A stretch of DNA of 64,000 nt, from positions 8,410 to 72,409 of the IMG/VR virus record IMGVR_UViG_3300021478_000023. One strand, 5' to 3'. The position numbers were made by a program, and so were the translations under genes. This document shows positions 7,981 through 16,739 of this stretch, piece by piece; the first letter of the stretch is position 1, and every line of letters starts with the position of its first letter. The DNA is from a virus. The notes below the pieces were generated by a model. It was not told the origin of the DNA, did not search any database, and saw nothing but the letters and a program-made list of their open reading frames with translations.

Positions 7981-9111
7981 ATGGCCAGTGCCAACGACCC
8001 ATACGAACGAGGGTTTCGCATCACGCAATACAAGATTGCGAAAACTACGTTTTGGCGACCGATTGGGGCGCCGGGGATATTCGGATTTGATGATGTCTAC
8101 GGCGACACCATCGATGCGATCCAAGAGGTTCGCGATCTAGGATATCTCGGAAGCCAACAAAGCCTGCACCTTGAAATGCCGAGCGGCATTCACGGCACAA
8201 CTGACCGCATTCCATATCAATACTTAGAACCGAGTGAGCGGCGCAGGACGTGGCGCCAGCCTAGCGCCTACAAGACTGCCGCCGAGAAAGCGCAAGAGCA
8301 TTGGGAACTTGTCCAACGGCTACGTGTGAAGGCGCGGCTCGCCGATAGCGACGTGCTCTGGAACACAGCGGAAGCCGAGCGCATCATCGAAAGACGAAAG
8401 TTGCTGGCCGCCGAAAAGCGCCGACAACGCAAACTCAAAAAGCGGCGCGCCGAATACGCGGAACAACAAGCCGCATTGAAAGAACAACACGAAGCCGAAC
8501 GGATCGCCGAGCGCGCCCTAAACGATGCGAAGCAACGCGCGGCGGAAGCAAGGGCCGAACTCGCCAAGGCCGAAGCAACCAAGCCGCCGACGCCAGCGCC
8601 CGAGATTGTCCCGGCCACGACAATCCCAAAACCGTCCGCCGACTTTTCGAAAGATTGGGATATCCCCGCCGACTTGTTGTTCCCGCACTGGCACGACTGC
8701 ACCGTACACCTTGCGCGCTTCATGGCGGTTGCCGATCCGCATACGTGGGAGGTTTTTTTGATGGCGGATGGCCGCACGTTCATCGCGCTATCAAACAAGC
8801 ATTTCATTTTCGACCAGTCACAACGCCTGTTCAATTGCGGGATGGTCGTGCCGCCCGGCTCGACGTGGCGCGTGTTCCTGATGCGCTATCGCCTGGGGCT
8901 CGGCGGGTATCTGAATTTCAAACGGCCACGATTCCCCGAACGTCAAGCCGCTTTTGAGAACGCGCCCTACACCATAGCCGAACGGCAAGCGTGGCAGATG
9001 GAATGTCTCGCCGCCGTGCGCCTGCGCGAGAGCCAACTGATAGATCAGGGCTGGCCGCCCGCGCGCGTGTCGCTCGCCCGCGCATTCGGGATTAGATACG
9101 ATGGTCGATGA
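7981..9111 (+). CDS. Hypothetical protein with central coiled coil
   Basis: 376-aa ORF; GAGG RBS. Confidence 0.7.
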   Translation: MASANDPYERGFRITQYKIAKTTFWRPIGAPGIFGFDDVYGDTIDAIQEVRDLGYLGSQQSLHLEMPSGIHGTTDRIPYQYLEPSERRRTWRQPSAYKTAAEKAQEHWELVQRLRVKARLADSDVLWNTAEAERIIERRKLLAAEKRRQRKLKKRRAEYAEQQAALKEQHEAERIAERALNDAKQRAAEARAELAKAEATKPPTPAPEIVPATTIPKPSADFSKDWDIPADLLFPHWHDCTVHLARFMAVADPHTWEVFLMADGRTFIALSNKHFIFDQSQRLFNCGMVVPPGSTWRVFLMRYRLGLGGYLNFKRPRFPERQAAFENAPYTIAERQAWQMECLAAVRLRESQLIDQGWPPARVSLARAFGIRYDGR

Positions 9112-10753
9112 GATCGACACCGACAACGTAAACGAGTCCGAGCCACTAGAGCCGGATCTTGCGCCAGCTTATCGCGAAGCGCTCGCGTCGTTGTCCCGCA
9201 TGCTTGCGCTCGCCGCCGATGAGGCTATGCGGCTCAAGGTGTTTGAGAACGCCGTCGATGAGGTTTTCAAAACGTGGCGCGGAATCGAGCGCAGCGACGC
9301 ACTCGACGCGTTGCAAGATATCGCCGAGTCGCGCGGCTTTGATCCTGATTGGGTGCAGTCTGTATTTGCCCGCGCCGCCGAAGCCGAGCCCGAACAGCCC
9401 AAGGTAAACGGCAAGGGTCACGATGATGCGCAGCATGCGAAAGATCAACAATCCGAACCGAAGCCGCCCGAGCCGTTTCCATTCATCCGCGCGTCATCGT
9501 TCGACGGACAGAAAGCGCCAGCGCGCCGATGGCTGGTCAACAACCGGATTCCCATGCGCAACGTCACGCTGTTGAGCGGCGACGGCGCAGTAGGCAAGAC
9601 AACCATAGCGATGCAGCTTGCCGTCGCAGTCGCAACCGACATGCTCGACTGGTTGCAAAACGTCATCGATGAACGCGGCCCGGTGTTGTTCCTAACAGCC
9701 GAGGAAGAATTGAGCGAGGTTCATTTTCGGCTTGAGCAAGTTGTTGACTACTACCCTGACCTACAATGGACCGATCTTGCAAATTTGCATTTGTTATCGA
9801 TGGCCGATAGCGATTGCGTGTTGGCCGTGCCGGATCGCATGCACATTCTCAAAAAGACGAAAAACTATGAGCGGCTTTCACTCAACATTGAGCAAATACA
9901 GCCCAAGCTGGTCATCGTTGAGTCTGCCGCAGACTTGTTCGCTGGCAATGAGATTGATAGATCACAGGTCCGCAAATTCATTTCGTTGCTGCGCGAGTTA
10001 GCAATCAAGCATGATTGCGCAATCATGCTGCTATCACACCCGAGCGTGTCCGGCATGGCGAGCGGTTCTGGAATGTCCGGCTCAACGCAATGGAACAATG
10101 CCGTGCGTTCACGAATGTATTTCAAAACGATCAAAGCCGACGCCGATGATTTTGCGGATGAGGATGCGGAAGCCGTCAACGAGAGCGGGAGCAATTATCG
10201 CGAGCTACAATATCTGAAAAACAACCGCGCAAGACAAGGCGAAAAAATCAAGCTGGTTTACACGAATGGTCTATTCCTTCCCGAGCGACAACCAGCGCCA
10301 GCCGACAAGGCCGCCCAAGAATCAAAGGCCGACGACGTTTTCATGACGTTGCTGCGCAGATTCAACAGTGATGGAAGCGACCGCAGCGCGACAGTCAAGA
10401 AAGGTCAGACATTCGCACCGTATCTGTTCGCGCTAGAACGCGAAGCAAAAAATGCGCGCGTCACCAAAGCAATGCTGACACAGGCAATGGAACGCCTTAT
10501 CACCGCCAAGAAAATCCGGTCTGAAATGTTTGGGCCGCAGTCTAAGCGGCGCTCGCGGCTCATCGAGATCACCAGAGAAAACACCGGCGAAATTTTGCCA
10601 TTCACTCCGAAGCCACCAGAGCCGTCCGGCGTTTCGATCCCGTTCATGATCACCAAAGCAATGAAGGCTCAACTCGCGGCTAAAGGCTATTCGGAATCTG
10701 AAATCAACGCGCTTACTCCCCAACAGGCGCAAGATATTTTGGCGAGCACTTAG
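9101..10753 (+). CDS. RepA-type (AAA_25, RecA-fold) replicative helicase
   Basis: Walker A GDGAVGKT, FLTAEE, LLSHP, SGSTQWNNAVRSR motifs. Confidence 0.9.
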   Translation: MVDEIDTDNVNESEPLEPDLAPAYREALASLSRMLALAADEAMRLKVFENAVDEVFKTWRGIERSDALDALQDIAESRGFDPDWVQSVFARAAEAEPEQPKVNGKGHDDAQHAKDQQSEPKPPEPFPFIRASSFDGQKAPARRWLVNNRIPMRNVTLLSGDGAVGKTTIAMQLAVAVATDMLDWLQNVIDERGPVLFLTAEEELSEVHFRLEQVVDYYPDLQWTDLANLHLLSMADSDCVLAVPDRMHILKKTKNYERLSLNIEQIQPKLVIVESAADLFAGNEIDRSQVRKFISLLRELAIKHDCAIMLLSHPSVSGMASGSGMSGSTQWNNAVRSRMYFKTIKADADDFADEDAEAVNESGSNYRELQYLKNNRARQGEKIKLVYTNGLFLPERQPAPADKAAQESKADDVFMTLLRRFNSDGSDRSATVKKGQTFAPYLFALEREAKNARVTKAMLTQAMERLITAKKIRSEMFGPQSKRRSRLIEITRENTGEILPFTPKPPEPSGVSIPFMITKAMKAQLAAKGYSESEINALTPQQAQDILAST

Positions 10754-10762
10754 ATCCGTGCT

Positions 10763-10796
10763 AAAAGAAAAGCCCCGGTTGCAGCCGGGGCCTTTC
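10763..10796. terminator. Bidirectional rho-independent terminator
   Basis: A-tract, GCCCCGG-loop-CCGGGGC, then T-rich tail between convergent genes. Confidence 0.75.
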
Positions 10797-10815
10797 AACT
10801 TTCAAGTCGGTTTTT

Positions 10816-11364
10816 TTAGGCTGTTGCGGGGAGTTCAAGTCCTGCGGCTTGGGCTCTCCCCAACGCTCCGCGTGACAGTGACGGCGTTCCAGCCGCTTTC
10901 TGCCGGTCGCGTGTCTCACGCGCGCCGTGCAGTTCATCGCCACCACGTTTCACCGCAGGGCGCATACGCAACAGGAACCCGCGATCACCAAACTGTTTGG
11001 TGAACCTTTCCTTGCTGATCTTATCGAAGGCGTAGGTCAGCGATCCAAAATCGTGAAAATAACGAACGGCATGCGTAGGCACGCCATCAATTTTATCCAC
11101 GACGTAAATCACTCCACGAATAACGTAGACGTGCTTTACGGGATGCGGGAACGCTGTTGGGTTTGCGAGCGCAAAGTCTTTAATTCCATCTGCGAGCACG
11201 CATTCCCAAACGATCCCACGCTTAGACCGTTTGATGAGTTCCCGTGATAGATGAATTGGAACCTCAACCGGCCTTTTGGCGTCTGCAAATTTCACACGCC
11301 AAAAACGCTTTCGTAGAACGTCAGTGTATAGACGGACGAGTCTCGGCTTGGCTTTCCCTGCCAT
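10816..11364 (-). CDS. Hypothetical protein
   Basis: 182-aa ORF in a two-gene reverse-strand unit. Confidence 0.65.
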   Translation of the reverse strand: MAGKAKPRLVRLYTDVLRKRFWRVKFADAKRPVEVPIHLSRELIKRSKRGIVWECVLADGIKDFALANPTAFPHPVKHVYVIRGVIYVVDKIDGVPTHAVRYFHDFGSLTYAFDKISKERFTKQFGDRGFLLRMRPAVKRGGDELHGARETRDRQKAAGTPSLSRGALGRAQAAGLELPATA

Positions 11365-12043
11365 TAGCTAGTCTCCGTCGCTGTAGGGTTTCAACAACAT
11401 CAAGCCACGCATCAGCGACTTGCTGCGCGCCTGCGATCACCGCATCGGTGATTTCATCCGGGTTGAGCGTGGCCCAATCCGCTTTATTTTTTGCCATAAA
11501 CAAATTCGATTTTGCGAGCGCCGTCGCTTCCCTCACGGCATGCTGATAACTGCGCAGGCGGGTCACGCTGTACGGTTCGTCCTTGACCGGGCGCTTGTCG
11601 GTTGGGTCAAAGTCGCAAGTGTTGACCTTGGCGGCGTCTTGGAATTTGCCGTTAGTTTTGCCATTGCCGTTTGGCTTTACTGGCGACGACCGGACGCTAC
11701 GCGGCTGTTGTAGCGTCCGTTTGGCGCGCGATTTGCGCACTGTTTGTTTTTTCGCCTCACGCACTTGCTCGACGGTCGTGTGACCTTCCGCAATCCTAAT
11801 CAACTCATCGGCGCGCGACTTGCTGATATTGCAATGGGTGGAAACATACTCGTACCAAGGCTTGTCGTTTGGCTTGCGCTCTTTCAGCTTGCCCAAAAAT
11901 TTACCCTGGCGAATTTGTAGTTGGTTCTTTTTTTCGAGCCATTTAGCGCCCGATTGCTCTTGCTTCGCGTCACCAATATCGATTTTTGTCTGCAACACCT
12001 TGATCGCCGTGCAGAGCGAATAAACTGTTGGCTGTTTGACCAT
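11321..12043 (-). CDS. DUF3102-like putative DNA-binding protein
   Basis: GKFLGKLKE...WYEYVSTHCNISKSRADELIRIA; AAGGA RBS. Confidence 0.55.
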   Translation of the reverse strand: MVKQPTVYSLCTAIKVLQTKIDIGDAKQEQSGAKWLEKKNQLQIRQGKFLGKLKERKPNDKPWYEYVSTHCNISKSRADELIRIAEGHTTVEQVREAKKQTVRKSRAKRTLQQPRSVRSSPVKPNGNGKTNGKFQDAAKVNTCDFDPTDKRPVKDEPYSVTRLRSYQHAVREATALAKSNLFMAKNKADWATLNPDEITDAVIAGAQQVADAWLDVVETLQRRRLANGRESQAETRPSIH

Positions 12044-12087
12044 TGTCCTTGAATCCTTTGGTTTGCTCCACTAGCATTTTTCAAGTG

Positions 12088-12375
12088 TTGCTGGAAATAT
12101 ATCGCGGGATATAAGCCGCCGATGAGACGCGTCTCGGTTTATTTTTGACCTGTGGAAAACGAGGGGTTTTGCCTGTGGAAAACCGGAACAAAATACCGCT
12201 TCCAGCAACCCGTTCCAGCAAATTTTTTCCAGCAAATTCCAGCAACCATAAAAACAGTAGCTAACGCCTTGAACAGTCTTTTCTTTTCCGGCATTTTCCA
12301 GCAAAAAGTGGGGGGTGTTCCTTCCACCCCCTCATACTCCCCCCATCCCGGAGGGAGATTTCCGGGATGCTGGAA
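12088..12375. repeat. Cluster of TTCCAGCAA nonamers (iteron-like; candidate origin)
   Basis: Direct copies at 12200, 12213, 12227, 12237, 12296; inverted copies at 12088 and 12367 (1 mismatch) in an AT-richer non-coding gap. Confidence 0.75.
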
Positions 12376-12414
12376 CCCTCTAAGGTCCAGCACCCGAAAA
12401 CCTCCGGGATGGCT

Positions 12415-12651
12415 ATGTCGAAAGAAAGCAAAATGCGACGATGGTGGCTGACGCCGACTGCGCTTTTCAGATCTCACATGCCGCCCGTATTCCTGCGCCC
12501 GATGCACTGGCCGAAAGGATGCTGGCAATGCTGTGGTCAAGGGCTCGCGACCGATCCCAACAATCCGGCGCAGTTTCGCGTTGTGGAAATATCGCCAGCG
12601 TTGCACCGATTGTTTGAAGCGAGCGACGTTCTAATTTACTTGCAAAAATGA
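12415..12651 (+). CDS. Hypothetical protein
   Basis: ORF coupled to the next gene; start uncertain. Confidence 0.4.
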   Translation: MSKESKMRRWWLTPTALFRSHMPPVFLRPMHWPKGCWQCCGQGLATDPNNPAQFRVVEISPALHRLFEASDVLIYLQK

Positions 12652-13028
12652 AACCGCTAGACCTGACCGGCTACAAGCCGAGCCGCGAGTTGTTGGAAAC
12701 GCTGATCAGATCCAACGAACGGGCGATCATGAACATCAGCGGCGTCAAAGCGTATTGGGCGGCGCAAGCAATTCAGGTGATGCGAAAAGAGATCGCTATG
12801 TTTCGCGCAAAGTTGGAGGGCGAAATGCTGATCAGGATAACGGGGCATAATCCGCCGTTTGTAGCTGGCGTCGTGTTTGACGATAGCGGCACGGTGCACC
12901 GCTTCGCGCCTATCGTGCAATGGGCCAAGGGGCTCGATGAAGATCAACTACGCGCGGAGATCAAACAGCGCGGCTTAACGGCGACGATGGTACGGACACT
13001 CACAGCACAGGAGATCGAAGCGTCATGA
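12648..13028 (+). CDS. Hypothetical protein
   Basis: Coupled ORF. Confidence 0.6.
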   Translation: MKPLDLTGYKPSRELLETLIRSNERAIMNISGVKAYWAAQAIQVMRKEIAMFRAKLEGEMLIRITGHNPPFVAGVVFDDSGTVHRFAPIVQWAKGLDEDQLRAEIKQRGLTATMVRTLTAQEIEAS

Positions 13029-13249
13029 CCGAAACGAAAGTGACAATCGTGGAGTCCGAGCCGATGCTACAGTTTTTCGAGTGGGCGCATCTGCCCGAGC
13101 GCCTACAGGCTGTCTCGATGCGGTTCTCCGTCTTGGCGTATGAAATAGTTGAGACGCTTCCGCGCAATCCCGAGCGCACCGTAGCGCTGCGCAAGTTGTT
13201 GGAAGCAAAGGACTGCGCCGTGCGCGCGGTGCTTTATAAAAGCCCCTAG
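13025..13249 (+). CDS. Small helical-hairpin phage protein (Acb2/Tad1-like pattern)
   Basis: FFEWAHLPERLQAVS...LPRNPERTVALRKLLEAKDCAVRA. Confidence 0.7.
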   Translation: MTETKVTIVESEPMLQFFEWAHLPERLQAVSMRFSVLAYEIVETLPRNPERTVALRKLLEAKDCAVRAVLYKSP

Positions 13250-13297
13250 CCCGATCCGCCGTCGTTGGCTGCGCTACAATGCGAGAGGCTATCCGCT

Positions 13298-13690
13298 ATG
13301 AAACGGGGCAAGAAAGCGACGATAAGAATGGGCGAGGTTGAAATCCCCGCCGAGATCGTTAGCGAGCCGGGAGTGCTACCGCAGAATTTTCGCACGCCGC
13401 CGTTCTACGTTGAGGTTGATCCAGCCCGAGCGTTGATCCATGCGTTTAGTGGAATGTCCGTCGAGAAACTATCTTATGTTGTTGGTTGGGCGGCGAAGCA
13501 ATTGCACGTTGCCGCGCATAGCGATTTGAAATTTCACAAGGCGTTCGTCTACAAGCGTGGGCGCTACTATGTTTTTGAGTTTCACCGACACCACGACGGC
13601 GAGATCGTGGCCACGCTCACCGCGTTAAGCGATCACCGCGTAAGAGTCACCTACCACGATGGCAAGGAACCGGAGACGTTGTACCTATGA
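13298..13690 (+). CDS. Hypothetical protein
   Basis: GAGG RBS before ATG. Confidence 0.6.
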   Translation: MKRGKKATIRMGEVEIPAEIVSEPGVLPQNFRTPPFYVEVDPARALIHAFSGMSVEKLSYVVGWAAKQLHVAAHSDLKFHKAFVYKRGRYYVFEFHRHHDGEIVATLTALSDHRVRVTYHDGKEPETLYL

Positions 13691-13938
13691 ACCGGCGCGC
13701 GTTGTTGATGGGTGTTGCTGCATCGGCTATCGCCGCTGGTGTTCCGCGTGTCCCGAGCAAGCCGATTTGGTCGTTTAGCGCGTTTGTCAAACGGCCTATC
13801 GAGTGCGATCTATTCACCGGGCACTGGTATCACATGGTTTGGAGCGGCGATCAGTTTTTCCTAGATGGCGAGTTGGCACCACCCTGCGATGAATTCAAGC
13901 GGATCGTCATGGACAGGATTGGGATTAAAACCGAATGA
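13687..13938 (+). CDS. Hypothetical protein with twin-arginine-like N-terminus
   Basis: MNRRALLMGVAASAIAAG. Confidence 0.6.
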   Translation: MNRRALLMGVAASAIAAGVPRVPSKPIWSFSAFVKRPIECDLFTGHWYHMVWSGDQFFLDGELAPPCDEFKRIVMDRIGIKTE

Positions 13939-14147
13939 CACTCACCTGTATTTGCTGCAAGGGCGAGCGCTACGTGATGGTGACGGACGCCGCATTTCCT
14001 GATGATCCGCCGCGCCGCGAGCCGTGTTGCTACTGCGGCGCGACTGGTGTTGTGAAGCTGACCGTGAGCGAGGCCGCGACCTATCAAAAGAGCATCGGGC
14101 TATGGTGGGTAGACATAGACCATGATCGTAACCGATCCCAAGAATGA
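13935..14147 (+). CDS. Small CxxCxG Zn-finger protein
   Basis: CICCKG...CCYCGATG. Confidence 0.55.
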   Translation: MTLTCICCKGERYVMVTDAAFPDDPPRREPCCYCGATGVVKLTVSEAATYQKSIGLWWVDIDHDRNRSQE

Positions 14148-14316
14148 GATCCGCTACGCCAGGAACGCGAAAGCCTGGGCACTCGGCGAACAAAAATCCA
14201 ACGGCTTTCATGTGAGGCGCGTGGTGTGGGGATTGCTGATGGCGAGCATGGAAAAGCGACCGGGCGAGGAAATCCGCAAAGCTGTGATTCTTGTTGGAGG
14301 GAAGCGAAGGCGATGA
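14122..14316 (+). CDS. Hypothetical protein
   Basis: Short ORF within the operon. Confidence 0.45.
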   Translation: MIVTDPKNEIRYARNAKAWALGEQKSNGFHVRRVVWGLLMASMEKRPGEEIRKAVILVGGKRRR

Positions 14317-14350
14317 GTGACACGCCAATCATTTTGGGCTTACCCACAAT

Positions 14351-14605
14351 ATGATGGGAACGCCGATGATCACGGTTGACGATCTCAAAAAATCCCACAT
14401 CCGCACGCAAATGTTTCTGGACGGTGCGAAGGGCGCGGCCTCGCAGCATCGCTATTGCCTCGAACATCCGCGCTTGCGCATGGTGTGGTCGCGCACTAGC
14501 CGACGCGACAAAGGCAAAGACGTTTGGTTTGTTGATGACGTTGAGATCAAGCCATACGATTTCGAGCGCGCGGTGGAGTTGTTGAACAAGGAGAAAAAGC
14601 TATGA
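14351..14605 (+). CDS. Hypothetical protein
   Basis: Coupled ORF. Confidence 0.55.
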   Translation: MMGTPMITVDDLKKSHIRTQMFLDGAKGAASQHRYCLEHPRLRMVWSRTSRRDKGKDVWFVDDVEIKPYDFERAVELLNKEKKL

Positions 14606-14904
14606 TCGATTTCAACGACCAGATTGATGATACGCGAGTGCCGCGCTTCCCTGCACTCTGTTGTCAACTCGCAAAATGCCTCGCTTGGTATAGCGGCTAT
14701 CTGATCGACTGGAACGATGGCCGTTACGATGACGTGATGGCGCAGATCAAACAACTACGCGAGCACGTCGAGGGATGGCGTTTTGAAGGTGATGCCGATT
14801 TCCCTGGACCGCAGACGCGACCAACGACCGAGCGCGTTGTGCCTTGGACTGGTCTGGTCGTGCATGAGTCCAACCTACCGGAGCGTCCGCCGTGGGCAAA
14901 GTGA
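14602..14904 (+). CDS. Hypothetical protein
   Basis: Coupled ORF; AGGAG RBS. Confidence 0.55.
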   Translation: MIDFNDQIDDTRVPRFPALCCQLAKCLAWYSGYLIDWNDGRYDDVMAQIKQLREHVEGWRFEGDADFPGPQTRPTTERVVPWTGLVVHESNLPERPPWAK

Positions 14905-15053
14905 CTAAACCCAAGCGCGTGACCATCACTGTTGATCGTCATGAAATCAAAAAGCTGGACAAGCTGGCGAAAAAGTTTTGGCCGTCTCTCACGCCGAGCA
15001 AATGCCGAGCCGGTGTCTTTCGCGCGCTACTCCAACAAGAGCCGGTGCGATGA
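14901..15053 (+). CDS. Small ribbon-helix-helix-like protein (50 aa)
   Basis: Hand-translated MTKPKRVTITVDRHEIKKLDKLAKK...; overlaps neighbours at both ends. Confidence 0.5.
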   Translation: MTKPKRVTITVDRHEIKKLDKLAKKFWPSLTPSKCRAGVFRALLQQEPVR

Positions 15054-15223
15054 CGCAATTGTTTGGAGTGTCCAAGGAAGAAAAGATTGCGTGCCTGCAA
15101 CGCGAGATCAATTTGCGCGAGCGGGTTTATGCGCGATACATGGCGGAAGGCAAGATGGCGCGCTCGAAAGCCGAGCGTGAAATCGAGATCATGCGTGCTA
15201 TCCTGGCGGACTATCAGCAATGA
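15050..15223 (+). CDS. Small conserved phage protein
   Basis: KIACLQREINLRERVY...GKM..KAEREIEIMRAI. Confidence 0.65.
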   Translation: MTQLFGVSKEEKIACLQREINLRERVYARYMAEGKMARSKAEREIEIMRAILADYQQ

Positions 15224-15232
15224 GGGTCAACG

Positions 15233-15724
15233 ATGGCATACTGGTCAGTGGCACAGACCGAGACGCGACGCGAGACGACGGCGGCGGGCTTCCTGACCGA
15301 TCAGGGGTACACGACCTACTTGCCGAAAATCAAAGTTGCCCACAAGCGAATCGTACCCCTGTTCCCCGGCTATTTGTTCGTGCGGATCTTCGACCGATGG
15401 TGGAGCGTTAATCAAACCATAGGGGTCATCCAACTCCTGACGGCGGGCGATCATCCCGCCCAAGTGCGAGACTCAATCGTGGAAACGATCAGGGCGAAAG
15501 AACGAGGCGGCATCGTGCGTTTACCCCCGCCGCAAGGGTTGCACGTAGGCCAGAAAGTCCGCGTGCTACGTGGATCTTTCGAGGGTCACATAGGGCTCTA
15601 TGACGGCATGTCCGGCAAGGACCGAGAGCGGGTGTTGCTCGACCTGTTGGGCCGGAAAGTCTCGGTCGATTTCCACAAGGACGACATCGCGCCGACACCA
15701 GATATTGCGCGCAAGGTAATTTAG
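15233..15724 (+). CDS. NusG/RfaH-family transcription antiterminator (probable late-gene regulator)
   Basis: NGN motif PLFPGYLFV and KOW motif VGQKVRVLRGSFEGHIG; last gene before the packaging genes. Confidence 0.9.
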   Translation: MAYWSVAQTETRRETTAAGFLTDQGYTTYLPKIKVAHKRIVPLFPGYLFVRIFDRWWSVNQTIGVIQLLTAGDHPAQVRDSIVETIRAKERGGIVRLPPPQGLHVGQKVRVLRGSFEGHIGLYDGMSGKDRERVLLDLLGRKVSVDFHKDDIAPTPDIARKVI

Positions 15725-15733
15725 AGCTACTAA
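15705..15733 (+). promoter_or_regulatory. Putative late promoter
   Basis: TTGCGC-17 nt-TACTAA straddling the nusG-like stop. Confidence 0.45.
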
Positions 15734-15740
15734 TCCCGCC

Positions 15741-15890
15741 AAGGCCAGTTTCCGTACAGCGCTTTGATTGCTCAAAAGTTTCGCCCGAAAACCGGGCGAC
15801 GCTTGCGCGCAGCGCGTTTTTGTTTGGTCCGGGTAGCGATCCCCGGACCCGAGGGAGTGCAGGGCGTAGTCGTCAAACGGAACTGGCCTT
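15741..15890 (+). ncRNA. Structured late-leader RNA (multibranch)
   Basis: Closing stem AAGGCCAGTTTCCGT / ACGGAACTGGCCTT enclosing hairpins TCGCCCG/CGGGCGA and GGTCCGGG/CCCGGACC. Confidence 0.55.
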
Positions 15891-15978
15891 CCGCAGCAAT
15901 CCGAGCGCGCACAACCGCTCTTGCAGCACTGACGGCACGCCTTGCGCTTTCCCTTCCTGCGATGCTACTCACCGACGC

Positions 15979-16236
15979 ATGAAACAGCCGTTTAGATCCA
16001 CAGCTACGTTTCGTTGGTTTGGCGACACGTTGCATCCTAACAATCGCACCAAGCGTCCGATGGTCCGCATTGAACAGGACGAAAAATATCCTGGCATGTG
16101 GCGCGTCGTTTCTCCCGATGGCACTCGATCCGATATGGTCAATCGATCCCGAGCCAAGGATGCCGCTAGATCGATTTTGCTAGGGCTGTTGAATGTCAAG
16201 CCACCCGACGCAGCATCAGCACCTTTACAACACTAA
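15979..16236 (+). CDS. Hypothetical protein
   Basis: YPGMWRVVSPDGTRSDMVNRSRAKDAA. Confidence 0.55.
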   Translation: MKQPFRSTATFRWFGDTLHPNNRTKRPMVRIEQDEKYPGMWRVVSPDGTRSDMVNRSRAKDAARSILLGLLNVKPPDAASAPLQH

Positions 16237-16663
16237 GCGCTGGCAACGGCTGCGCAGGCATCAACGTCAAATCGAACCGCTCTGCCGCTTCTGCCGAGAG
16301 CGCGGCATCGTCACCCCTGGCGCGGTTGTCGATCACGTCATCCCGCACAACGGCGACGTAAATCTGTTCTACACGGGCGAGCTACAAACGCTGTGCGCCG
16401 ACTGCCACGACCGCATCAAGCGGATGGAGGAATTGCACGGCTTCCGCCCCGACGTGGGGCTCGACGGTTGGCCGCTAGATCCCAAGCATCCCGCGAATCG
16501 GTCCCGCCCCTCGCTCGCTCTAGTGCCGAAAGACGACCACGAACGAGACGGCGAAAAGTTACGCGCGGGCGATCCAATCCGGCCAGTAAGTCGCGAGCGC
16601 TTTGTCGAGCCTGCGACGCGGCCGACGCTTCACCGGGATGGTTTTCGCAAGCGGCAACCCTAG
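16193..16663 (+). CDS. HNH endonuclease (terminase-associated, HK97 gp74-like)
   Basis: YNTKRWQRLR...PLCRFC...VVDHVIPH...LQTLCADCHD. Confidence 0.92.
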   Translation: MSSHPTQHQHLYNTKRWQRLRRHQRQIEPLCRFCRERGIVTPGAVVDHVIPHNGDVNLFYTGELQTLCADCHDRIKRMEELHGFRPDVGLDGWPLDPKHPANRSRPSLALVPKDDHERDGEKLRAGDPIRPVSRERFVEPATRPTLHRDGFRKRQP

Positions 16664-16739
16664 CGCTTTCGCTTTCGCCCTGGTCGCATGCTTTTTGCGT
16701 CGCCACAATTCGCGGCGCTCTGCCAAGCTGGACATGACC

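Noticed and set aside
12200-12304. CRISPR-like repeat array
   Set aside because: Repeats are 9 nt with irregular 1-50 nt gaps and there are no cas genes
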